A stretch of 64,000 nucleotides of DNA, taken from the NCBI RefSeq assembly GCF_006345805.1, contig NC_043008.1, forward strand, positions 19,964,001-20,028,000, given 5' to 3'. A model generated the notes under the pieces. That model did no database searches. It saw nothing but the letters and a program-made list of their open reading frames with translations, and was not told the origin of the DNA. Shown one piece after another: positions 51,065 to 63,969 of the stretch. Every line of letters begins with the position of its first letter. Positions within the stretch are counted from its first letter, which is position 1. Origin of the DNA: Octopus sinensis. Lineage: Eukaryota. The position numbers were made by a program, and so were the translations under genes.

Positions 51065-51280
51065 ATAACGGGAAGCTTTATGAAAATAAACAAAAGACGA
51101 AGGCAGGTGGAAAACAAACGAACAATTGTATTAGTATGGCGCTCAGGAAATATAAATAAAACAAGTCTTTAACGTTTCGAGCCTACGCTCTTCAACAGAA
51201 AGATACACAGAGAGAGAAAAATACAGAAAGAAGGAGAGAAAAAAAATGCGTGCAGTAGCTAACGAATCAACATGGCGATG

Positions 51281-51290
<10 letters not shown>
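51065..51290 (-). mobile_element. Probable Penelope-like terminal-repeat relic between (TA)n tracts
   Basis: Contains the hammerhead-like motif at 51166-51203; bounded by TA microsatellites; no ORF seen. Confidence 0.45.
51166..51203 (-). ncRNA. Minimal hammerhead-like motif, CUGUUGA-A core variant
   Basis: Minus strand TCTTT-CTGTTGAA-GAGC-GTAG-GCTC-GAAAC-GTT-AAAGA: stem I 5 bp, stem II 4 bp with tetraloop, palindromic ACGU stem III, GUU site. Confidence 0.6.
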
Positions 51291-51360
<70 letters not shown>

Positions 51361-51451
51361 TATATATGTATATATGTATATGTATGTATATATGTATATA
51401 TGTATTACGCACAGGTGTGTATGTGTGTATGTCTGTGTTTTTTATTGAGAA

Positions 51452-51585
51452 GCTAGCACAACCACATGGTTCATGGTTCAGTCCCACAGAGTGGCACATT
51501 GGGTAGGTGTCTTCTACTATGGCTTCGGGCCGAAAAACCCTCCTAAGTGGACTTCGGAGATGGAAACTGAAAGAAGAATGTCGTC
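51452..51585 (+). mobile_element. 5' half of SINE B, diverged
   Basis: AACCACATGGTTC..GGTTCAGTCCCAC..GTGTCTTCTACTAT..GGAAACTGAAAGAAG. Confidence 0.8.
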
Positions 51586-51612
51586 TCTGTGAGTGCGTGC
51601 GTACGTGCGTAC

Positions 51613-51644
<32 letters not shown>

Positions 51645-52444
51645 ATGTGTGTGTGTGTATGCATCTTGCAAATCCTGAATTAACCTAATATAATTCGAAG
51701 CGATAGTCATGACGTAATACAATAAGAAAAACGAAGAATGTATTTTATGAACTATTGACAAATGCTTCTTTGAGATATTTCATGTCAGACGGCGCGTAAC
51801 CTTGTGGCGTAACCTGAAAATTTGGGAGATGAAATGGAACATATTACATAATCTTATGAACTTTAGACGTCTTACAATGTCGTCTTGAAAACAATTACAT
51901 AACAACCACATCTGTTTATCATGAAACCTGACCATCGTTATTATGACCATCAGCATCAGAATTATTATTATTATCATTATCATTATTATTGATTGATTGA
52001 TTCATTGATTGAGAGAGCAGCGCATGCCATCAAAGTGAGATTGAGTTACGAACAAACGAAGCTGAATATACCCAACATGACTACCCGTCTGATAATTGTA
52101 AAATTGGCACATCATAATAATTCTGATGCTGATGGTCAATTGTAAAATTGGCACATGTGTTACACATATGTGCTCGATGTGGTGATCTCATATCAAGATA
52201 AGCAGCGCATGACTCTGCAAATGGGGCCTAGTTTGCATTTTCTTCAGATCCACTGGTATGGGTGGTATATTTGGAAGGTGGAGTGGATGTAGGGGTATCA
52301 ATGGAGGGAGAAGAGGGTAGGAGTGCAGAGAGGAAGTAGGTGTCAGATGAAGAGAAAAGAGGGGGTGTCAGATGAAGTGGGAAGCAGTGTTGAGCTCATG
52401 TGGCGCAAAGGAGCCAAGAGAGTAGATTAATTCCTGTTCACACA

Positions 52445-52548
<104 letters not shown>

Positions 52549-52859
52549 GCACACACATATGGGCACACACAAACACAAATATATAAATGCATACATACAT
52601 TCATACATAAGAGAATGTAAACTCGTATAAAAGTCCTGAAGTGCCTTTGGCATAAAATCGTGTTATGCCACTGGTTTTTATAGCTAATTGTGATAAAATA
52701 TAGGTTCAGTACAATGCAAAATTTATCCGCTCAAAATAAATAATCGCGCTGCCATTCTTAAACTCTCGAAGTATTTGCATGGATTTGATGATATTTAGGA
52801 ACTTGGTATGTGTGTATGTGTGCATATATGTATGCATGTGTGTATGTATGCGGCGGCCT

Positions 52860-53002
52860 TCAATAAGTTTCCGTCTACGAAATTGACTCACATGATTGCC
52901 TCAATCTTCAGCTGAAGTCACTTGCCTAAGGTGCCAATCAGTAGAACTGAGGCAAAGATCCAGTTTTTAGGAACCAAGTTTTTAACCACATTGCAACGCC
53001 TA
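52860..53002 (-). mobile_element. 5' half of an old SINE B
   Basis: GTTTCCGTCTACGAAATT..CACTTGCCTAAGGTGCC..TTAACCACATTGCAACGCCT. Confidence 0.6.
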
Positions 53003-54530
53003 CTGTTATATAATTTTACGCGAAAATACTAAAGTTTATGCAATATTTCTTATATATCATAACATTTAATAAGTTGTGAAAACTTTAAAGTTTATAAAGT
53101 ATTTGTCACACTTTAAACCTTTCTAAAAGATTATCGTGTGTATTGTTATTCCGTATAATGACAGTTAATTTCCATCCAACATGGCGAAGTATAGTAGAAA
53201 GTGAAGCAACACATTATTGGCAGTTATTTCGGTGATCGTCCATTAAATGTTTCCGCCTATTCCTATCTCGCTTCTGATGATATTATCGCTTGTCTTTACC
53301 GCTGGCAATGAAGTGGAAGAAAATCTTTAAGAGATTTGGTCTTATGATTAATTAGTCGAGATGAGATAGGCTCAGTCTATTTGCATGACGAACACAGTTC
53401 TTTAAGCATGGATAAATTTTAAGGTGATGGGGATCAGCTTTTACCTTGTTTCTATATACAACCTAGTTCCCCCCTTTTTTTCCGCGTTTTTTGTTTGTTT
53501 TCCCTACTTATCCGTCCGTGTTAGGTAGATAACATATATTTTACTAATATTGTGTCGATTTATTCAGTAGGATACTTCCTTTTCTCTTGGAAAACTTGGC
53601 CCTATGTTCATTGGAAATAAATCATTACGTTATCTAAAAAAAAATATTGATTTGTAATTAGCTATGGAGTGATAAAATATTCGATACTGCTCCATTGTCG
53701 GTGTTCATGATAATCTGCTTCTATATTTGTCCATAAATGTTTACATGAGAACTTTATTCAATGGAACTTTGCTGTATGACTATGATAAATATACATATCA
53801 GAGAGTTAATGCATAGAATACATGTGTAAAATATATGTGTTGTTGGCCCAGTCGACGTAGCTCAAAATAGAAACAATTTCTAGGTGAAATTTTACAGCTC
53901 ATTCTCCTGAATAAGGGCTATTTATACTAAACATTAATATCTATATCTATGTGAGGAATATATATAATAATAATTATACGATTTTGTTTTTCATTTTGAG
54001 CTGAACATAGTCATTTCGTTTGGGCAAAATTATAGAGAAGCCTCATTGCCTCACTTGTGATAATTCTACTTAAGAAAGGTTCGGCAGCTTGTCTAAACTT
54101 TATTAGATATATTAATTACATTTGGGCAAATTTCTTGATCCAATTTCCACATATTTACTCAGACACATACCGACACAAACACATACGTGCATCATCGTAT
54201 TACAATTATACGGTTTTATTGCAATACATAATGCCACATTGGCAGTGACGTCTGAGTCCCGGGGACGATGGAATAAGTAAAACTGTGAAATTCGAGGTTA
54301 CTGTCCTTCGTTACTTTCATTAAAATATATTATTCTCATTTTAATATTTGAATGTCTTTATTAGCAGCTATATATCATGAAACACATGTGTGTTAATGTT
54401 AGCCACCTCCCCTTAGCGTACAAATACTTATAGTCCTTTTTGGCTTTTCAAAAAAGAAATCTAGTGCTGACAAGACATCTGTATGCGGAGATTATAAAAG
54501 AAAACAATGATACGATGAAATATTAGCTTG

Positions 54531-54931
54531 AGGCGCAGGCGTAACTGTGTGGTAGGAAGCTTGCTTTCCAACCACATGGTTCAGGTTCCAGTCCCACTGC
54601 GTGACATCTAGGGAAAGTGCCTTCCACTATAGCCTCAGGCCGACCAAAGTCTTGTGAGTGCATTTGGTAGATGGAACCAAAAAGAAGCCCGTCGTATATA
54701 TACGTGTGTGTATTTATGTGTGTGTCTTTCTGTTTCTAACCTCTACCCACCCATCGCGTGACAACCAATGTTTGTGTGTTTGCATCCACGTAACTTAGCG
54801 GTTCGGTTAAAGATCAATAGAATAAGTATTGGACTTTTAAACATTAAGTCCCGGAGTCGATTTCTTCGACTAAAGAGTGGTGCTCCAGCATGGCGGTAGT
54901 CAAATGACTGAAACAAATACAAGAATAAAAT
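54531..54931 (+). mobile_element. SINE family B, diverged, full length
   Basis: Colinear with 388-796. Confidence 0.85.
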
Positions 54932-55058
54932 ATCACACTGGCACAAATTTCTAGATCTGCTGTGCACGTGTAGAGAAACATGCATAACAAACAATATTTG
55001 AGAGGATCAGAAAGAAAGTATGGCATATATGATATGGTTGTTAACATCAGGTTGTTAA

Positions 55059-55232
55059 AGGCGGCGAGTTGGCAGAGACGATAGCACACTGGGCAAAATG
55101 CCCAGCGGCATTTCTTTCGGATTTCGAATTTCGCCGACGTCGACCTTGCTTTACATCTTTCTGAAGTTTGTAATCGACTTAGACTCTCCTTAAAAAATTC
55201 TGGCCTTTCGCCAAATTTTGAAATCAGTATTA
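55059..55232 (+). mobile_element. Degenerate SINE A' with internal deletions
   Basis: GGCGGCGAGTTGGCAGAG..GTCGACCTTGCTTTACATC..GTAATCGACTT. Confidence 0.65.
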
Positions 55233-55399
55233 ATTTGGAAACAAAGAGACAAATATGTGTTGACGTCCAAATGATCGACCAGAACAAACTTCGAAGGGTG
55301 TAAAATCATGACAACAACGTAAAATTTAAAGGAAGTGCACAAAGGAACGTATACTTAGAAAGTTATTATATCAGACACAGTACGTTCGCCTATATAATA

Positions 55400-55964
55400 T
55401 TGGGTTGTCCGGAAAGTTCGTGCCGATTTTTAAAAGAAAGAAAAAGGTCAATAAATACTTGCCATTACATTTTTAATCGACCTAATATGAACCATTTTGT
55501 TGCGCAATGCATCTCCATCTTTCGTTCAACTTGAAAATGCCCTCTTCCCAGAACTGAGGTGGTTTCATGGCAAAGAATTCATCAAGGTATCTTTTTATGT
55601 CATCCAAAGAATTGAAAGTGTTACCATTAAAACTATTCTACAGAGACCTGATTAAGTGGAAATCCGAAGGAGCAATATCTGGTAAATATGGAGGGTAGGG
55701 TAACACATCTCAGTCGAGCTGCAGCAATTTTTGTCTGGTTCCCAAAGCATCAAGTGCCGAAAATGAACTTTCTTATCATCCATTTTATAGGGTTACAGAA
55801 TTAACACAGGATAAAAGAACATAAACCTTCTTCCACGAAAAGATAGCTTAAAATATGCTCTAAATGGAGGTGTAGTCAACTCCTATTTTATGGACTCGAG
55901 CAAGTTCTAAATAAGTCGAAAGGTAAGCTACTATAAATTGGCATGAACTTTCTTGACAACCCAG
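55400..55964 (-). mobile_element. Internally deleted mariner (565 bp) with both TIRs and TA TSD
   Basis: TIRs TTGGGTTGTCCGGAAAGTTCGTGCCGATTT and AAATTGGCATGAACTTTCTTGACAACCCAG; TA at 55398-55399 and 55965-55966; minus strand MDDKKVHFRHLMLW fused to TRQKLLQL..PYPPYLPDIAPSDFHL. Confidence 0.92.
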
Positions 55965-56046
55965 TACATACATACATACATACATACATACATACATACA
56001 TAGATATGTATGAATGTCTTATATAGGCGTACGTACAGTGTGTGTG

Positions 56047-56197
56047 GGTGTGTGGTAAGTAGCTTGCTTACCAACCACATGGTTCCGTGTTCCGTCCCAC
56101 TGCGTGGCACCTTGGGTGAGTGTCGTGTACTATAGCCGCGGGCTGACCAAAGACTTGTGTGAGTGGATTTGGTAGATAGAAACTCAAAGCTCGTCGT

Positions 56198-56273
<76 letters not shown>

Positions 56274-56505
56274 TATATATATGTGTGTATGTGTATAATT
56301 GTGTGTCTATGTTTGTCCCCCTAGCATTGCTTGACAACCGACGCTGGTGTGTTTATGTCCCCGTCACTTAGCGGTTCGGCAAAAGAGACCGATAGAATAA
56401 GTACTAAGCTTACAAAGAATAAATCCCGGGGTGGATTTGCACGGCTAAATGCGGTGCTCCAGCATGTCCGCTGCCAAATGACTGAAACAAGTAAAAGAGT
56501 AATAA
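56047..56505 (+). mobile_element. SINE family B with long internal (TA)n; partial tail duplicate at 56719-56771
   Basis: Colinear with 388-796; the downstream duplicate shares the private variant CCGACGCTGG. Confidence 0.9.
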
Positions 56506-56508
56506 ATA

Positions 56509-56592
<84 letters not shown>

Positions 56593-56874
56593 ATTACGCA
56601 GGTAGAAATAACTGAACTCAAAAAGAGTTTGACTTGGTACCCTCGATCGAAAGCAAGAGTTGAAAATTTTTCACGTGTCACGGAAATAAACATACATGTT
56701 TGTATGTGTATGTTTGTATGTCTATGTTTGTCCCCCTAGCATTGCTTGACAACCGACGCTGGTGTGTTTATTTCCAATCAACTCCACTGAATTCTTTATG
56801 TTAGAACAAAAATAAATAAGATCATGCATGTATATTCATGAAGCCTTTTACTTATTAAAAGTATTTTAAAATGT

Positions 56875-57176
56875 CTGGCACTCGGTTGGTTATGACGATG
56901 TTTGTTCAACGAAATAGCCAGCTCGTGAAATTAAATTGCAGGTGGGTGAGGACTCCGCAAATATGCGTACCCTTACCATATTTCTCAGGGAGATTCGGCG
57001 CTAACCAATATGCAGTAAGTCTGTCCCTTTGAATTACATGTACAAGTCATTGTTGCCAGCTGATTGGTTTGTAAAATGTGAAATAAAGGGTCTTACTCAA
57101 GGACACAATACGCCGACGTGAAACGAACTTACGACCTTACGATTGAGCTGGATATGCTAACCACTATTCCAAACGC
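56875..57176 (-). mobile_element. Degenerate family C SINE
   Basis: Colinear with 11810-12061 (GTACCCTT.., GTCCCTTTGAA, CCAGCTGA, AAATAAAG..CTCAAGGACACAA, TAACCACTA). Confidence 0.7.
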
Positions 57177-59843
57177 TTTACTAGTTCAGTATAAAACCAT
57201 CAGAGACCATTTTACTGGTGAATATACTGTCGTAATTCGTTCTCTAAATATACTCATTATATTTCTTTCAGATCGTTTTTATAATGCTTAATTATTCATT
57301 TAAAAGTTTGGTGCATCCGGGAGAGTGGCTCATGAAACTAACTGAAGATTTTAATTATGTCCATTGACAGTACCCACAAGATAGCTTAACTATCAGTCCT
57401 CATATAATAGCATAGATTCAATCTAAAGTATTTTTCTATAATTGTCTAGCCTCTGTGCTAATTTCACATTTAAAACTTTAATCAATCAACCATAAAAACA
57501 TCCGTTATATATGACTTCACATTCAGGTGATAATTATCTGATACTCATAGTTTAGTAATTTATCTCGAATATTCTTAGAAGATTTCTATGCCATATCTTA
57601 ATTTGTCTTTATCACTATGGTTCTATATCTGTTTATTTCTATGGAAGATATTCATTTATTTCGTTCAGCAAATGAATATTTTCGTGATTGCGCCTAGATT
57701 TTACTCGCGTGAATATTTGTGTACATTTATTTTTCTGTATATGAATTTATAAAACAACAGCTAATGTATATATATATATATGTGTGTGTGTACTTGTATG
57801 TGTGTCTGAGTATGTATGAGAATTTGTGCATGTCTCTCTATATCTTTTACGTGTATATATAAAACATAATTTTCATGTTGTTTGTAAAAGTTTAATTAGA
57901 AATCAACTTGCTTATTCTTCAAGTTACAAAATATTCACTAAATTTAATTACACAATTCACAAAATAATTATACTTGCGTGTTTTTTTTTAAACTTTTAAA
58001 ATGTAATTACCGTATTAATTAGATTCCTTGTGTTCTGGTTCCTACATCACAGTATTTTTAATTTCATCACTATTTTGCTATTTTATTTCGCTCTCTCATT
58101 TACATTGACTACGTATGTATATATTAAACATTAGGTATTCGTTTTTTTTTCTCTCTATATCCGTACATATATTAATAGAGCGTCGCGATCTTGCATGACG
58201 TAAATAATACCCTGAATCATTTCTAAGGTTGTATCTAGTTAGCGGTGAGCACACAACAAGAGCGATAGTGATTAACTATTCCATGGCCGGCCTCCTCGCT
58301 GCAATTAGATCCATTTCAGACGTCTAATATGGGTTTTTTTTTGTGTGGGCGCATTCCATTGTACAAACAGTATTGTATTAATATCCTTTAATCCGACAGG
58401 TCATTAGAAGGGGAAAAGGAAAAGCTATTTCAATTGAAGTTTGAATAAAAATACGTTAAGCTAAATGGCATTGTGAATGCAGCACAAACTAGCACGATAT
58501 CTGACACCACGCTATCCTTGAGATTAATGTATAATTAACGTGCCCTGATATCTACGTTTAGCATGCTCTTACAATATTCAACCTCGAGCAATGAAATCAC
58601 CATCCTATTGACTGACACTAATTTTATGTTCCCAAAGAGGTATTCTTAATTAAGTGGGCTTAAAGCCAACTTAAACATGCAACATATTCTTTTTTATGCT
58701 CTTGGATGATGAGCATTATCTTTGTTATTACGTAGGCATTGTTCTATCATGAGCTAAATGTTCGGAAGAATATCAGCTCTTTCATCCAAATGTCCAATCA
58801 ATACTATCTGGATTCATGTTACAAGGAATTAAACGCTAAGTATACATACTTCAGAATTATTTGCTCCAAATTTGTTACTGAGAAATATCCAAGTTTACAG
58901 TGACGGAGTGGAACAATACTTTTGTTAGGGTGTCGAAATACAATGCCTTTTTATTTGAAGTTACGTGGGTGTATGTTCTGACATCCTAAGAAGGCCATGT
59001 TGCCGCTTAACATTTGAACCCGATAAAAAAAAGTAACCAATCATGTATTCTGTTCTATTTAAGTGCCTGATATCGCTTTCATACACAGGTTTTTCGAACA
59101 AGAGTCAACAGCTATGATTTTCCGAACAAATCTAAATCCTAATACTGGTTTTAGGTTAACCTCAACAATAACAATATTCGTGTAAGAAACACTAAATCCA
59201 GGAAATACATAATAATGGTTATAATGACGTATACATACAGAAATCGAAATGCAGTGTTTCCATAGTTATTCAAGACATAGGTCTAGAGATGGTGAAGAAA
59301 AAGTTGACGTTACCTTAATTAATTTCGTACATCACATGTAAATATTTCCATATTTTATTAACATGTCTAAATGAAATACGTTATTTTTGATTGAATTTGT
59401 AAACTATCATTCAACCGGTTGTCTCTACCGGTCATCATGTACCATGTTGATATGCAGTCAATATTAAGGAGAGAAGGCTATCTAAGACATAATCGGGGAA
59501 AAAAAATTATTATCAAATATTCCATTACTGGATGTCAAGATTAAATATAAACAAAATCAATAAGAATAATACAAATGAGTTATATCTCACTTGGAAACAT
59601 GGATTAAAATAATGTTATATGCATCACCTGCTGTTCGACGAAATTAGTGGCAACATAGGAATAAAAGCCTAGTCTATTTTGCAGAAAATGATATGCACTG
59701 TCAAAGGCACGTATCATCCCCAAAATTCGAAGACATTCGCCACCGATACTGTGTAGGTGTTTCTTGACACAAACTATTACGTAGTAAAATTATTAACAGA
59801 ACAGCGGTAGATGATTATGAAATTATGTGAATTCTCGAATATA

Positions 59844-60200
59844 TCAGGTCATCTCATAAGTTCTGTCTGATTTTTCATTTTTTTTATTGAATGACATTTA
59901 ATAGTATTTTAGAATGTCTAATGGAATTAAACATTATTTTTATGCATTTGTGTATATTTAAACTATTTAAATAGTATTGTACCGAATAATAGAATTCAAA
60001 ATTTCTTTGATTAAATCCCTTTCTAACATGGAAGTATCCAAAGAGCAACTGAGGCACATAAATCTTTATGAGTACAAAAAAAGAAACTCTGCCGAAGCGA
60101 TTCAAAACATACACTCAGTTTATGGGAAAGGATGCTTGAATGAAAGAACTTGAAAAAAATGGTTTGTAAAACTCAGAAGTGGAGATTTCAGCCGTGAATG
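59844..60200 (+). mobile_element. Mariner 5' fragment (TIR, UTR and transposase N-terminus)
   Basis: TA followed by TCAGGTCATCTCATAAGTTCTGTCTGATTTTT; ATG at 60028 gives MEVSKEQLRHINLYEYKKRNSAEAIQNIHSVYGKGCLNERT-stop-KKWFVKLRSGDFS (HTH region); breaks at a (GA)n tract. Confidence 0.8.
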
Positions 60201-60209
60201 AGAGAGAGA

Positions 60210-60240
<31 letters not shown>

Positions 60241-60319
60241 TGAGAGAGCGAGAGAGACATACATACATACAGACAGACAGACATAAATATATACATCTTC
60301 AACTGCTAGAAATATCAAT

Positions 60320-61860
60320 GTAACTCATAAATATCTTTGTAGACGAAATGAAGATTTATGCTAAATGTGTTAATTATGCACAAAAAAAAAGAACTGGAAT
60401 TAATAAAATTTTCTACTGATATAGCCATGGAATTTGGCCAAAATGAAATGTTCATATTTGTAAATTTGTAAATAGAACGAGGAAAGTCAGTCCCCTAAAC
60501 CCAAAACCTGTGCATCAACGGGCTCTCTATCTCCCTCATTCCACACAAAGAATGTTACAAGTATCGAGGCATAGACGAAAATGTACCTTATGTACTAAAG
60601 ATAGACAGACCCGAGAATATTATACCAGACTTAGGAAAATATGGCAGTCGGAACTCTCCTCTTACAACAAAACAATATCCCACAATGCGTTTGCAGCACT
60701 AGTGCTGATCCGAACATTTGGGATACTTGATTTGTCTGTAGAGGAAATCCACTCCACAGATATCAAAACCGACAAAATCCTGACAATAGCCGGTAACTTC
60801 CACAGAAATAGTGATGTTGACAGGCTCTACCTGAGAAGAACGAAGGTGATAGAGGCCTGAGATCAGTGCAGACGGCCTTCGAATGTCGTATGGTATTGCT
60901 CAGGCAGCACCTGCTCAACAGAAGCAGCAAAATATATAAATACAGTACTGAAGAGAGAAGTGAGTAGTAGATTCCTCAAAAAATACTGTCTTCCTTATGA
61001 TTGCCTATACTGCTCCAAGACAGCTGGGCTCTCTTACTTCAGAGAAGACCTGGATGGAAAGCACTCAACATACAAAAAAAGACCATGCATGGGTGTGATG
61101 CCCGGAAGTTTGAAGAAGAACTGACATGAAGTACAGCCTCTCTCGGACAGAAGACGAGTACATCACATCATACTTTGAAGGCTATGCTTTTACAATCTAG
61201 GAACAGGAGATTGCCTCAAAGTATCTGGTGAGCAAGAGAGACAGTGATGATCTTGTAATCCTAAGGGGCAACTGCAGGTTTAGGCTATGTCATATTTCTG
61301 TGGAAAACATCACGCATGTATTTAGCAGCTGTCCTAAAATGTCGTCACGGTACTACCTCCTTATGCGGCATGATGTTGTTGCTAAAACAATTTACAATGC
61401 CATCCGCAAAAAAGTCTATCCTGAAATAAACTTAGAAAATTCCTCTGTTATGGAATACATTCGTAAACACTAACGCAAGGAATACTGGTGGAATCTTCCC
61501 ATCAAAACGTCTGTCAAATCTAAGCATAGCATGCCGAATATTGTTCGGGATAGAGGGACATCATAGAAGTTAGCTGCCCTGCAGATATAAATATCTCTTT
61601 GAAAATCAAAGAAAAGATTATATCTATGGACAAGTGCTTCGAAACCTCCAGTTTCTTTATCCAGACTATGAATTCATATTCATACCAATAATAATTGGAG
61701 CATTAGGCTTTGTTAGTAAATGCTTAAAGGAGAATCTGGATAAACTGGATTTTCGGGAAAAGAAATTGACCAGCTGATTCGTACATTAAACATTACAAGT
61801 CGAATCTGAGAATGGAACAGTAGAAATATACAAGGCTTTTCTCAAGATCCAAATGTGAAT
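60320..61860 (+). mobile_element. Degenerate R4/Dong-clade element, 3' half
   Basis: FVDEMKIYAK..FSTDIAMEFG, FHRNSDVDRLYL, AIQEQE-like patch, CRLCHISVENITHVFSSC, RHDVVAK, FIPIIIGALG. Confidence 0.8.
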
Positions 61861-61982
61861 TTCTCTGTGTTAAACACCCACCCCAGTGGAAAATTTATAA
61901 TAATAAAAAATATAAGAGACATACAGACATGCAAATATATGTGTATAGATTTATATACACTCACATATATATGTATCTGTAT

Positions 61983-62028
<46 letters not shown>

Positions 62029-62032
<4 letters not shown>

Positions 62033-62211
62033 AATCATTAGAGAGTTACCACTATGTGGATAGCTCAATCTATTTATTCGTTATGTTTCACTTTCCTTCC
62101 GTTAAATGTAATGTTATTTCTACTTGGAAACATCTTTTCTGTGGCTATACTAACGGAGCTATTTTTAGCACTAGAGCTATCCACATAGTGGTAACTCTCT
62201 AATAATTTATG
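62029..62211. mobile_element. MITE-like element with about 38-41-bp terminal inverted repeats, TA-flanked
   Basis: 62026-62066 versus 62174-62214 are reverse complements at 40/41; 107-bp non-coding spacer. Confidence 0.6.
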
Positions 62212-62371
62212 TATAAATTCGTATTATCTCCCTAGTTTTTTTGGCTAAGCCACTTGGTGTTAAATTAATGGTATTATAAAAATTAATATCAATTTTTCAC
62301 CCTCATTTATAAATTTATATATATATATATATATAAATCTATACACACATATATATGCATGTATGTATGGG

Positions 62372-62455
<84 letters not shown>

Positions 62456-62489
62456 ACGTATGTTTGTATGTACATATACACATATACAC

Positions 62490-62635
62490 AAACAAGCACG
62501 GATTTGCAGTTGTTTACGTCTACCAAATTCTCCCACTAAGCTTTAGTCAGCCCACGGCCATAGTCGAAGACACCATCCCAAACCGGCGCAAAGTGGGACT
62601 GAACAGAAATCCACGCGGTTGCAAACCGATCTTAT
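62490..62635 (-). mobile_element. 5' half of an old SINE B
   Basis: CGTCTACCAAATT..GGCCATAGTCGAAGACAC..GTGGGACTGAAC. Confidence 0.6.
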
Positions 62636-63936
62636 AAAAACATGCAGACATCATTGCAACTTATTGATTAAAATTTTTGTGTGAATTTCCATGTAAAATT
62701 CTTGAGCTGTTTATTACTGTTTGTCGAAGCCATGTTTCTTTCGTGCAGTACAATAATAGTAGTAATCAGCGTATATTTTTCTGGGGCTTGTGTTAGGGAA
62801 ATTATTACCACTTATATAAATTATAGTGTAGAATGTGGCTCCATAGTATTTAAACTGTAACTGCCAATTTTACTCATAAATACTATAAGTTGAAATTCAC
62901 CTCGATCCCTAATGATAGCGTAGAATATGTCGCTTTACTTTTTTACTTTTAAGTACTATGAGTTCAACTTTACCTGCGGTGCTAAATAAATGTTAGTAAA
63001 ACTTTTAAAATATAATTTGGAACAGAATTTACTGGAATCTACCGTTTTACCTAGTAAAAGTATGGATGCATTGCATAGATTTTGTAGGAGTCGAGACCAT
63101 GAACACTGTAATTTTTTTTAATATGACAATACTTGTTTCTATCCAACTACCGCGAGACCTTCTATTTACTGAGACCTGTCTTTTACCGATTAGCCAATCA
63201 GACATTAACACAATAGACCACGCAACAATTTCCTTGTCATATATTTCTTTGCGTACTTGTGTAAAAAACTTCGGAGATATCACTGACATTTTCATGAACG
63301 CCGAGTAGCTGAGTTAGAGTATTTATGGTTTAGGCTTTGACTAAATCCATTATTCTAGTTACAGGCGGAATCTATTGATATGATGCACACTTGCTGTAAA
63401 CCATTCCCACTTGCTGTAAACCATTCAAGTGTTTCTATTGTTGAAATGACAGAATCAAAATGGAGGAACGGTTAGTATGTGGCGTTAGCATTATGCCTCA
63501 TAATATTAACGATTAAAACACTCCACCTAAAAGATTGCTGCCATTAAAACGACAAGAACAAGAACAAAAAACAACAACAACAATAATAATAATGACAGCA
63601 ACAATAATCTGGTGTCTTGGAAGGGTCATTAAACCAATATCAATAACATTGGTGTAAGAAGCCACTCAAGACAATTTGACTTGTTTCAACGAGCGAATTC
63701 ACATCAACGATCATGCAACGCAAATACAGAAACGAAATAATTATAATCCTCTCTCCTCTACGCCAAAAAAGCCTGGTTTGGGCGCCAAATGTGGAGGATA
63801 ATTCAGTTACATCGACCTCAGTCTCTGACTGATAAAATGTCGGCTACTGTGGAATTTGAACTCAGAACCTGAAGGTGTACGAACACCGTTTGACATTTTG
63901 TACGACAAGCAAACATTTCCCTCGGCTCATCGTTTT

Positions 63937-63969
63937 ACTACTACTACTACTGCTGCTACTACTACTACA

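Noticed and set aside
54370-54400. GAAAC followed by palindrome ACACATGTGT
   Set aside because: No upstream core or stems; a dinucleotide-repeat coincidence.
58700-58800. Box C/D snoRNA (GATGATGA)
   Set aside because: No D box (CTGA) or terminal stem at a suitable distance.
63388-63426. Tandem duplication CACTTGCTGTAAACCATTC x2
   Set aside because: Real but a simple local duplication, with no insert or wider structure.
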